A stretch of DNA of 63,437 nt, filler included, from Octopus bimaculoides (taxonomy: Eukaryota), in the NCBI RefSeq assembly GCF_001194135.2. It is 8 parts of 8 records of this genome, joined end to end, with 100 filler letters (N's around TTAATTAATTAA, not from the genome) between each part and the next. Parts side by side here need not be neighbours in the genome. Positions count along the whole stretch, not along the records: positions 50,924 to 54,916 come from NC_068985.1; positions 55,017 to 56,719 come from NW_026429926.1; positions 56,820 to 61,809 come from NC_069002.1; positions 61,910 to 63,437 come from NW_026416625.1; 4 more parts are not named here. One strand, written 5' to 3'. Positions 53,873 through 63,437 of this stretch are shown piece by piece. The first letter of the stretch is position 1; each line of letters starts with the position of its first letter. A model generated the notes under the pieces. That model saw only the letters and a program-made list of their open reading frames with translations. It was not told the DNA's origin and made no database searches. A program made the translations under genes and the position numbers.

Positions 53873-54869
53873 NNNNNNNNNNNNNNNNNNNNNNNNNNNN
53901 NNNNNNNNNNNNNNNNNNNNNNNNNNNNNNNNNNNNNNNNNNNNNNNNNNNNNNNNNNNNNNNNNNNNATATATATATATATATATATATAGGTGAGAAA
54001 GTTGGTATGTGAAAGCACGTGGTTGGATGTATAAAAGATAATAAGAGTGAAAAAACTACCGAAGGCTTGTGTTACTTGGTTAAAGTATATATTTAAATTA
54101 TGTCAGAAAAATGTTAGAAAAATGTTAGAAAATCTTTTTGGTATATAAACATTGTATTTTGAGAAATAATCGGTTTCGTGTTGTCTTTTCAAATTTCTCT
54201 ACTTCATTGTGTCGTGTTCGTTCCAGTCTGAGAAAGAAGAGTTCTAGATAGGGGGAGGTAATTAGGGATTTCTTCCGGTATAGGGGAGATAATCGAAATC
54301 TAGGAGGTGGTAGAATTTGATTAATTTACCATGGTTTTGTTCTTTTTTTTTTTTTAGTATTTCATGCCCAAACTATTTGCCTCTGTACTTGTGCATCACC
54401 AAGACTCGAGAACTACCCAACCGATGTCATTCCAATTTTGAACATGCACTACTTAGGGTCTATGGTGTTTAATGGTCTAAAATGTTTCAACTTCTTGCCT
54501 AATCTGAGCTCAGAGTAATCTCTTACACTGTTTCGGTAATACGTGTCAAAAGTGAAACAATGACATCCCTATTGCAATGTGAGATGATAGTTTCACTTTT
54601 AATAGTGTCACTGTCACCTTACATTACATATATACATGCATACACACACACGCACATATATATGTATATATAAATATGTATATATATATAGATTTATATG
54701 TATGCGTATATATGTGTATATATATACCTGTACATATATTTATATGTATATATATGTACGTGAATACATGTATATATATCGATGCTTATGTATACATGTA
54801 TATGTATATATGTGTATATATGTACATATATATAGAGACGTATACGGATATATACATATGAATATATGC

Positions 54870-54916
<47 letters not shown>

Positions 54917-55380
54917 NNNNNNNNNNNNNNNNNNNNNNNNNNNNNNNNNNNNNNNNNNNNTTAATTAATTAANNNNNNNNNNNNNNNNNNNNNNNNNNNN
55001 NNNNNNNNNNNNNNNNACTGAAATGAGAACAGAGAAAATTGAGAGAGTGAGAAAAAGGGAAGGGTGAAGAAATAAGAATTCAAAGGAGAAAGAAAGAAGA
55101 ACAGAACGAGGGACAAATGAAAGGCGGAAGAAACGCATGTAAATTGTGTGGCTATAAGAAAGAAAGAGTAACAATAATTTAGTATAAATATCAGGTTAAT
55201 TCATAAATTATCTTTAATTACTTATAGATTTTGGTTTCAATCTTTGATAGTATTTTGTTGCATTCCTTTACATTCCGGGTTCAGTTCTGTGCCGATGTCA
55301 GTTTTGACTTTCGTCATTCTTAAGTTCGATAAAAAGAAGTACCAATGACATTTTAGTGTCAATAATATCGACTATATAAA

Positions 55381-55594
55381 GCGGGCGAGCTGGCAGAAAC
55401 GTTAGCACGCCGAGCGAAATGCTTAGCGGTATTTCGTTTGTCTTTATGTTCTGAGTTCAAATTCTGCGGAGGTCGACTTTGCCTTTCATCCTTTCGGGGT
55501 CGATAGATTAAATACCAGTTGCGTACTGGAGTCGATCTAATCGAGTAACCCCCTCCCCCAAAATTTCGGCCCTTGCGCCTAGAGTAGAAAAGAA
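55381..55594 (+). mobile_element. SINE family A, near full length
   Basis: Matches 5180-5395; an inverted older copy lies at 55846-56050. Confidence 0.9.
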
Positions 55595-56819
55595 TAATGT
55601 TGACTATATCCCCTCCGTTAATATTGAAGCCGTGTCCCAATAGAAGGAATCAATGAATTGTACTAATCTAAGGGTGATCGATTGAGAACCGGTAGACAGG
55701 CAGGAAAATGATATCCCTTATAACTTATTTTTACAACATCGAATTTCTGGAAACTTTGGTTGCAAAGTCTTTCCGGTTTTCTGATTTTTCCGAACTAGGG
55801 TGGTCACTTTGGTCAACTCACTCTTAAGTTAAACAAATATTGCTATCAAAGTTTGGCACAAGGCCAGCAAGATCAGGGAAGGGAATGAATCGCTCACTTC
55901 GACCCCAGTGCTTAACTGGTATTTACTTTATTGACCACGAAAGGATAAAAGCCAAAGTAGTCCTCGACGGAAATTGAACTCACAAGAGAAGGATGAAATG
56001 ACGCAAAGCATTTTGTCCGATGTGCTAACGATTCTGCCAGCTTGCCGCCTTCAAAAAGTTAATCAAATATTAAATTTACTTAAATAATTAAATGATACAA
56101 GTCTATTTATGCTGTCTATGCAAAGTGCAAAGTCCCAGTAAACTAGTCAGACGGCCATGAGAATTTGAAGTCGGAGATGCATCTGTATTGCATTACGCTA
56201 TGAGTTCATATTTATCGAAATCGACATTACTTTTTTTTCATAGTTCCCGAGCATCGATAAAATAAAGTACCAACTGAATACTGAGTCGGGGTAATTGTCA
56301 ATGGTTCCTCTTTCCAACATTATTCAGATCCGAACATTATGGTTAATTATGGTTAATTATGGTTAATTATGACGCGTAACTATTGAAGTATACTTTTGCC
56401 ACTATGAGTAATAATCAGAAAATAATAGCCTACATGCAATAATTATAATTTAACATTTTCAAAAGGAAAAAGATATTTGTTACCTTAAAACAAAATTAAA
56501 TGAAAATTTTATCAAAATGTTATCAACATAATCTGCCATCTATCCTCTCCACCTACTATTCCTGGGTTGTTCGTGGAAGAAGAGTCCTGAGGCACCTCTC
56601 CGAAATTGTCCTACCTAAAGCAACTGTCATTAGACTTTCCGGCTGGGTTCCAAAACGTGACCAACTGAGACTCTTTTACTCTCTCTTTTACTCTTTTACT
56701 TGTTTCAGTCATTTGACTGNNNNNNNNNNNNNNNNNNNNNNNNNNNNNNNNNNNNNNNNNNNNTTAATTAATTAANNNNNNNNNNNNNNNNNNNNNNNNN
56801 NNNNNNNNNNNNNNNNNNN

Positions 56820-56881
<62 letters not shown>

Positions 56882-57268
56882 CGATGATGATGGCTGTCCA
56901 TTTGTGACGGAGGAGGACCACTGACCTTTGCACATGCAAAATGCCAGCAACACCCATCCGTAAGATTATTACACCTGTGGTCGACTTCACCTTGGGTTTC
57001 ATGCCTGCACCTTTCATGCTCTCTGTGGTGCCCTCCTACTTGACCAGGCATTGGAAAGTCCCCCTTGCTGGCAATTGCGCACAACTTTAAATATTAGGTC
57101 CAATAAAGGTTGCACAACACCCCTCTTTCTCTCTGTCTCTCTCTCTCTCTCACACACACACATGCACATACACATTCATGTAATGTATATTGTAGTATGT
57201 AATGCATCATGCAATGTGCTTGTGTGTGTGTATGTACATACATACATACATACAATGCATGCATGCAT

Positions 57269-57578
57269 GATGGCCGTCCACGACCATTGCTGACCTTCAG
57301 GAACATTGTGCACTCTAGGACTAACTTATATTTTGCATTTACGGCTCCGTTGGTGGCTAATGAGCCCTGCTCTTGACAAGCATACATGACTGCAAACATT
57401 GCAGACCAAGCTTTCCCCATTCACTTAAGTTCTTCATGCTGGATACGTGCTCTCTCAAAAGTGTCGATCCCCTCCTTAACCTGCTTCCTCCAGCTGTGGC
57501 GATGACAGGCATTGTTCTCCCAGTCAGAGTCCTGCATATCACAGGCCTTGAATGAGGACTTGACACAGTCCTTAAATC
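57269..57578 (-). mobile_element. 5'-truncated RTE LINE 3' end with C2H2 finger and 12-bp flanking direct repeat
   Basis: Minus strand RFKDCVKSSFKACDMQDSDWENNACHRHSWRKQVKEG and CNVCSHVCLSRAGLISHQRSRKCKI*; GCATGCATGCAT at 57257-57268 and 57579-57590. A related 3' UTR lies at ~56882-57080. Confidence 0.8.
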
Positions 57579-57770
57579 GCATGCATGCATACACACATAA
57601 TTGTCACTTAATATGACAAGGGTGTTAGAAACACCTAGATTGCTAGAAATAAGAGCTAAAATACTCTAATGCTGTAGTCAAAGCACATGATTGTATACAT
57701 ATATACTGACAGGGTGGTCATAACCATGCCTAGAAATTTTACTTTTATATTGTTTTCTTTATTGTTTCAG

Positions 57771-57848
57771 GATGAATTTGATGAAGAAAGACAGACTAAT
57801 TTAGCTGCAGTGCTCAGCTCTCTTCAGATGTGGAATAAAAAACAAGTG
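57771..57848 (+). CDS. SRP72: SRP72 (signal recognition particle subunit 72) internal exon, phase 0/0
   Basis: ttgtttcag|GAT...GTG|gtaatt; DEFDEERQTNLAAVLSSLQMWNKKQV resembles human SRP72 DDYDEERKTNLSAV (recalled). Confidence 0.9.
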
Positions 57849-57964
57849 GTAATTGAAGCATGACATTTTTGTTCATCTTATCCGCAATTCCCGTTTTGTC
57901 TGCAATTTACTCTGCTGGCACAATCATGCTCATTTGTTTATTTATTTAGTTTGTATTTTGGGCA

Positions 57965-58357
57965 GGAGGCGCAATAGCTCAGTGGTTAGGGCAGCGGACT
58001 CGCGGTCATAGGATCACAGTTTTGATTCCCAGACCGGGCGTTGTGAGTGTTTATTGAGCGAAAACACCTAAAGCTCTACGAGGCTCTGGCAGGGGGATGG
58101 TGGCGAACCCTGCTGTACTCTTCCACCACAACTTTCTCTCACTCTTACTTTCTGTTTCTGTTGTACCTGTAATTCAAAGGGTCAGCCTTGTCACACTCTG
58201 TGTCACGCTGAATCTCCCTGAGAACTACGTTAAGGGTACACGTGTCTGTGGAGTGCTCAGCCACTTGCAAGTTAATTTCACGAGCAGGCTGTTCTGTTGA
58301 TCGGATTAACTGGAACCCTCGACGTCGTTAAGTGATGGAGTGCCAACAACAACAACA
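57965..58357 (+). mobile_element. tRNA-derived SINE family C, full length, with 10-bp TSD, in an SRP72 intron
   Basis: GGAGGCGCAATAGCTCAGTGGTTAGGGCAGCGGAC head, (CAA)n tail, ATTTTGGGCA at 57955-57964 and 58358-58367. Confidence 0.88.
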
Positions 58358-58639
58358 ATTTTGGGCAAGTGTCTTCTACTATAACCTCAGGCCAACCAAA
58401 ACCCTGTGAGTGGACTTGCTAGATGGAAACTATGTGGAAGACTTGTTCTTTGCCTACGGTGTCGGATGGTATTTTTGTGATACTAGACTAGTGGTTCTCA
58501 ACCATTTTTTTTACCTAAGAATCTCTTCGATTCCTATTTTGCTCAGATGGACTCTCCTACCAATTTGATGTTTAATAAATTCCTATTATCTTTGGTTTCT
58601 TGTGGAAAGGATGTGTTCTGTTGGTCAGGTAGTCCGTCT

Positions 58640-58960
58640 ACTGCAACCAGTGCTATCATCATCATCATCATTGTCATCCCTTCGTCATCACTATCCCTAC
58701 CATCATTTATATTATCGATGTCATCACCATCACTGTTATCATTTACATTATCACAACCATTGTAACATACCACCACCATCATTATCAACACCACCATCAT
58801 CATTATCATCATCATCATATCACTATCATCGTCACCATCATCCTCACAACCACTGCCAGTATTATCATCACCATCACCATCATCACAACCATCATTATCA
58901 TCATCATCACTACCATTACCACCACCACCATTACCATCATCATCATCATCATCATCTTCA
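58640..58960. repeat. Degenerate (CAT/CAC)n trinucleotide tract in an SRP72 intron
   Basis: Read directly; source of the His/Asp-rich spurious ORFs. Confidence 0.9.
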
Positions 58961-58996
58961 TTAATACTGAGATACCTGTTGCTCTCCATTTGGCAG

Positions 58997-59108
58997 GACG
59001 ACCCAGGCTTGAAAGATCTTTCCTATGAACTTTGTTACAACAAAGCCTGTCTCATGATTGGTCAAAATAAATTCAAAGATGCAGAAGAGAAATTACAGAA
59101 AGCTGAAG
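58997..59108 (+). CDS. SRP72: SRP72 internal exon, phase 0/1
   Basis: tttggcag|GAC...GAAG|gtattt; DDPGLKDLSYELCYNKACLMIGQNKFKDAEEKLQKAE, cf. human HELCYNTACALIGQG...LQKAE (recalled). Confidence 0.95.
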
Positions 59109-59204
59109 GTATTTATTTTTCATACATTTTATTTCTTTTCTTTTTTTTTGTAGTTTTATTTAGTTTTTCTTTTCTGTTTTTTTTTTTCTCCTTGTCTTTA
59201 CCTT

Positions 59205-59440
59205 TTGATTTTCATGTCTCTTTGTCTTGGGATCACATGATAATTGTAAATGAGTGTCACTGTTATACAAGCAGTGTCATTCATCCCCAATGTCTGGCCA
59301 TGGGGAAATATCACCTTGCTTGGAAACAGGTGAGGGTTAGTGACAGGGAGAGCGTCTGGCCACAGAAAATTTGCCTTAGTAAACCGCATCCAACCTGTGC
59401 AAGCATGGAAAAGTGGACATCAAAGTGGTGGTGGTGGTGA
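59205..59440 (+). mobile_element. Short interspersed repeat with RTE-like 3' tail; second copy at 59935-60230
   Basis: Both copies share ATCACATGATA/ATCATGTGATA...GGAAACAGGTGAGGGTT...GCAAGCATGGAAAAGTG and a GAT/GGT tail. Confidence 0.7.
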
Positions 59441-59483
59441 TAATGATCTATTTTCTTTGTTTTCACCTTTCTCTCTTTCTTAG

Positions 59484-59559
59484 TTGTTTGTCGGAAAAGT
59501 TTTGAAGATGATCCTGAATCTACTGAGGAAGACATCAATGAAGAAGTTGCTGTGCTAAG
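59484..59559 (+). CDS. SRP72: SRP72 internal exon, phase 1/2
   Basis: ctctctttcttag|TT...AG|gtgagc; VVCRKSFEDDPESTEEDINEEVAVLR, cf. human DLCRRSLSED...TEEDPQAELAII (recalled). Confidence 0.93.
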
Positions 59560-59784
59560 GTGAGCTGACACTCCCCGATAGGCTGGTATCCTAGCCAGGG
59601 GTAGTATGTAATTTTATTTTATCTGTCATCTCTCATCTGTCATCTCTCATCTGTTTTAAGCCTTAAGTGTAACCCTAACCCTTTAGCATTCAAATTTCTT
59701 TGTCAAATGTATTGCTTATTTATTTACATTGTTTTGGATTAATCATGCATTATCTTGTAACTTCAAGATTTTGGTAGTGTATTT

Positions 59785-59900
59785 GACGAAGACAGGTGGT
59801 GTAGACAACAAACAGATGTATTAGTTTGACGTTCGGGAAGTGAAAAAGTCTTTAACGTTTCGAGCCTATGCTCTTCCACAGAAAGAAACAGGGAGAGAAT
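59785..59900 (-). mobile_element. Penelope-like terminal fragment with minimal hammerhead-like motif (59849-59886), in an SRP72 intron
   Basis: Minus strand TCTTT-CTGTGGA-A-GAGC(ATAG)GCTC-GAAAC-GTT-AAAGA. Confidence 0.6.
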
Positions 59901-60309
59901 ATGTGTGTATCTATGTATGAATGTTTGTCTGCGTGTACCCCTTTGTCTTGACATCATGTGATAGCTGTAAACAAGCCTCACTGTCATACAAGCGATGTTG
60001 TTTGTTTCAAGCCTTGTGTGGAAAACGTGTCTGACCCTGGGAAAATGTAACTTTGCTTGGAAAGAGGTGAGAGTTCGGAGACAGGAAGGACATCTGATCA
60101 TTGAAAACATTTGCAAGGGTCAATTCTATGTGACCCCTGCAAGCATTGAAAAGTGTATTGTCAAATGGTGAGAAAGATGTTGATGATGGAAAGGTGGGCA
60201 TTAGATAATGGAACGGATGATGACAATGCAGGCATATAATCAGCAATGTTTAAAATGTTCTTTCTTAAATTTTGACTAATTTTCTTTCTTTTCTATTTCA
60301 TTCTTCCAG

Positions 60310-60390
60310 AACCCAGTTAGCGTACGTTTTACAGAAGCAGGGACGACCTGAAGAAGCCCTCCAAATATACAACCAGGTCCTTAAAACTAA
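60310..60390 (+). CDS. SRP72: SRP72 internal exon, phase 2/2
   Basis: ttcttccag|A ACC...ACT AA|gtatgt; TQLAYVLQKQGRPEEALQIYNQVLKT(K), cf. human QMAYILQLQGRTEEALQLYNQIIKLK (recalled). Confidence 0.95.
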
Positions 60391-61457
60391 GTATGTGTTT
60401 GTATTTTCCCCCCTTTTTTTCTATTTATCTTTCAAATTAGTCTTCCAATGTTGTATATAAAGTATATATATATATATATATATATATAAATTGCATTAAG
60501 TAATCATCATATTCCAGTTTCCTTCACTTTTCAATGAATAGCAGATGAGCGACTGTCTTTCCATGCAGACACAACACAGGCTACACTTTCAGGTCTTTTG
60601 GATAAAGTTTTCAGAAATAACCCAATAGGTTTACCATTAATTCCATGAAATATTCACGGGTCCTGTTAGTTAAATATTATCTTTTGGTTATGACATGTTG
60701 GCAGTCCATGAAATGCTGATAACTGTCCGTCAAGATCCTTATCTGAATACATGCTACAGGATGGAATTTACTTGACCCCCCCCCTTAGCATTCAGATTAC
60801 TCTGTTAAATCTAATGCTTATTTACCCATATTGTTTTGAATTAATCATGCATTATCTCCTAGTCTTGAGATTTCAATGAACTGTTTGTTTATTTTTAGAA
60901 TGGTATTGTGGGGTCTGTGTGAAAGAGATCAAATCTGCTTAGTTTGAACATAAAACTGGTAGAATATTTGGGCCAGATATGAGCAATTTAAATGCTAAAG
61001 GGTTAACCCATATATATCCCTGGTTGCGTTTTCCTAACACAAAACCTACTTGTCTGGACATGAACTTACCGGGAAGCATCTGACCAAGCATACAAAATGT
61101 TCAGTAAGTAGTTGACACTCATAGCTAACAGTTGCATACTGTCCTTCTCTTCCAGATTGCGAAAGCTTACCATAATGTTTAATCTAAATACAGTGAAATT
61201 TTAAGACTTCATTTTTTTTTATGGGCATATATGGGTTAAGGTGCCTAGGGTGTTATAGACAGTTTCCTTGACTTTTTCTGGATTTGTTCTCCTCTGTGTT
61301 TTTACTTTCTGAAGGAAAAAAAAAAAATTAAAGAAAATTTGAGTGAATTTGGTTAATAGAAGCTGAAAGAAATTCATTATATGTCCGTGTGTGTGTATAT
61401 ATATACATATATATATATATGTGTGTGTGTGTGTGAGAGAAGGAGAGAGAGTGTGTA

Positions 61458-61492
<35 letters not shown>

Positions 61493-61493
61493 A

Positions 61494-61809
61494 GAGAATG
61501 AATGGGAGAAAGAGAGCCTGCCTTATGTCGACCCAATAGAGGGACCAGCTATCCGAGTTGATAGTACCAGGGTAGATAAAGCAATTAAGAGTATGAAGAC
61601 CGGGAAAGCCCCCGGCCCATCAGGAATCACTGCAGAGATGCTCAAAATATCTGGCAGTGTTGGCTATAGCCTAGTCACCCGTATTACGAACCAGGTGATA
61701 CACGAAGGAGTCATACCCTATGACTGGTGTAGCAGCATCATAGTCAACTGCTACAAAGGTAAAGGGGACGCTTTAGATACAAATAATTACAGAGGCATCA
61801 AGCTGTTAG
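61494..61809 (+). mobile_element. RTE-clade LINE fragment, uninterrupted pre-RT/RT-start frame, truncated by gap
   Basis: ENEWEKESLPYVDPIEGPAIRVDSTRVDKAIKSMKTGKAPGPSGITAEMLK...IPYDWCSSIIVNCYKGKGDALDTNNYRGIKLL, typical RTE motifs. Confidence 0.9.
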
Positions 61810-62724
61810 NNNNNNNNNNNNNNNNNNNNNNNNNNNNNNNNNNNNNNNNNNNNTTAATTAATTAANNNNNNNNNNNNNNNNNNNNNNNNNNNNNNNNNNN
61901 NNNNNNNNNATGAAATATCGTAATGATTCTTTTATATATATATATATAGGGAAAATCTATAAAAAAATTACTTCAATCCAGTGAGAGATAAATATCGATT
62001 TAATACACGACCGAAACAGCTGCTTATAGTTTCATTCTGTTATGATACTTTATGCATGTGGTTCCAAACAATATTTCAGGCTTTGTTTTCATTATATGTA
62101 CATTAAAAAACAATAAACCTAGAGAGTGTTAAAATGAGAAAAACTTGAAAGTTTGATGCAAAAAATGGAATGGGAAGAAAGAGGCAAAAGAAAAAAAAAA
62201 CTAAGGCAGTTAATGTAGAGGGACACATGCGTAAGTCAACAGATAATGTATCTAATGCAAACGACGCATATGCAATTCCATGTTAAAGACAAGAAATTGT
62301 TTTTTTTCAAATGGTTGGTAATTATTTTTTTTTGCTGGTCATGAATATAAACAGAATTCTTAAATAGAATTCTAAACTTTTGGCCCAACACACGTTGATC
62401 TCTTGGTGTTTATTTTGTTAAATTATATATAAGCAAACATTAAATTACTAGTCAAAACATACGAATGTTTGTAGTAATTAAATTACTTATTTTCTGTATA
62501 TTTTGAATTACCGTTTGTTCAATTTTTATTTTTCTCTGATTCTCTCATGAATTCTTTAGAAATTTTTTGGCTTCGCCAATATCCGGTCTGTACGCAACGT
62601 CTGGTATTAACATTCAGTGATATTTGTTTTACTAGGCATAAACGAATTACAAGTTTGTGCGTTGATTAGGTTATATACAAGTGGCTTAATAATATCTGTA
62701 CATATATATCGCTAGCCACTACAC

Positions 62725-62884
62725 ATTCTTTATTTTCTCTCCATGTTTCTTTCAGTGTTCCTTTCTGCGGAAGAGTGTAGGCTCGAAACTTTAAACACTT
62801 TTTCACTTTCCGAGCGTTGAACTGATACAGCTGTTTGTTGTCTACACCACCAGTCTTCGTCTTTTGTTTTTTGTGAATTCTCCT

Positions 62885-62890
<6 letters not shown>
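62725..62890 (+). mobile_element. Penelope-like terminal fragment with more degenerate hammerhead-like motif (62760-62797)
   Basis: CCTTT-CTGCGGA-A-GAGT(GTAG)GCTC-GAAAC-TTT-AAACA; homologous to 51060-51185 and 59785-59900. Confidence 0.55.
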
Positions 62891-62915
<25 letters not shown>

Positions 62916-63437
62916 GTAAGTGTGTGTGTGTGTGTAAGTGTGAGCGTGTTTGTGTGTGTATCGGAAAAAGTTTGATTAAATACAAGATGCATTTTATATA
63001 ATTTTCCTACGTACGTTTTGCCGTTGTGGTAACTTGCATCTATAGTGGGTTTTTCAAGTGTAACTGGATAATAAATCGCAACGGTTCTTCAGAGGGACAC
63101 TTATCTTATTATATTTACGTACTGGACGTAATAAATACAGTAGTAACATAATCACTTTACTAGACAAAGACTAGTGGAGCTCTATACTTGCCAGTAGCAA
63201 ACACATTTAACTGGGAACTCCAAGAATATCATATATATATAATAGTAACGCTCTATGACATGCAAATTGGTGACAGCAGTTCACTAACTTCAGGCATAAT
63301 TTAAACAGTCAGCCAGAAACATAACAAACATACACATACACACCCGCACACCGTACACACACAGACATACAGACACACACAGACACACAGACACACAGAC
63401 CCCTCCACATAGATATATATATATATATATATATATA

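Noticed and set aside
57965-58040. tRNA gene
   Set aside because: The tRNA-like head continues into a SINE body with tail and TSD, and no complete cloverleaf acceptor stem is evident. The same applies to the other SINE heads.
58543-58989. Asp/Gly-rich and His-rich ORFs
   Set aside because: Translations of a degenerate CAT/CAC microsatellite inside an SRP72 intron.

Overview
AT-rich, microsatellite-saturated eukaryotic genomic DNA with many assembly gaps. The SINE, Penelope, RTE and R4/Dong repeat families point to an octopod cephalopod, most likely an Octopus draft assembly (inferred from repeat recognition, not a search). The only host protein-coding sequence I can support is four consecutive GT-AG-bounded, phase-compatible + strand exons of SRP72 (57771-57848, 58997-59108, 59484-59559, 60310-60390); its 5' and 3' exons are not visible. 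The rest is transposon debris and simple repeats: several tRNA-derived SINE families; RLE-type R4/Dong LINE fragments, including four different 5'-truncated copies stacked in AAT-type microsatellites at 11.6-13.9 kb; RTE and Tx1-like LINE fragments; Tc1/mariner derivatives; a probable 3' LTR; and Penelope-like ends with minimal hammerhead-ribozyme-like motifs and long palindromes. Nearly all ORFs in the supplied track are microsatellite or N-gap artefacts. I found no convincing new biological system. The items most worth checking are the R4/Dong stack, the hammerhead-like motifs, the foldback palindromes and an orphan non-coding exon candidate at 14410-14510.
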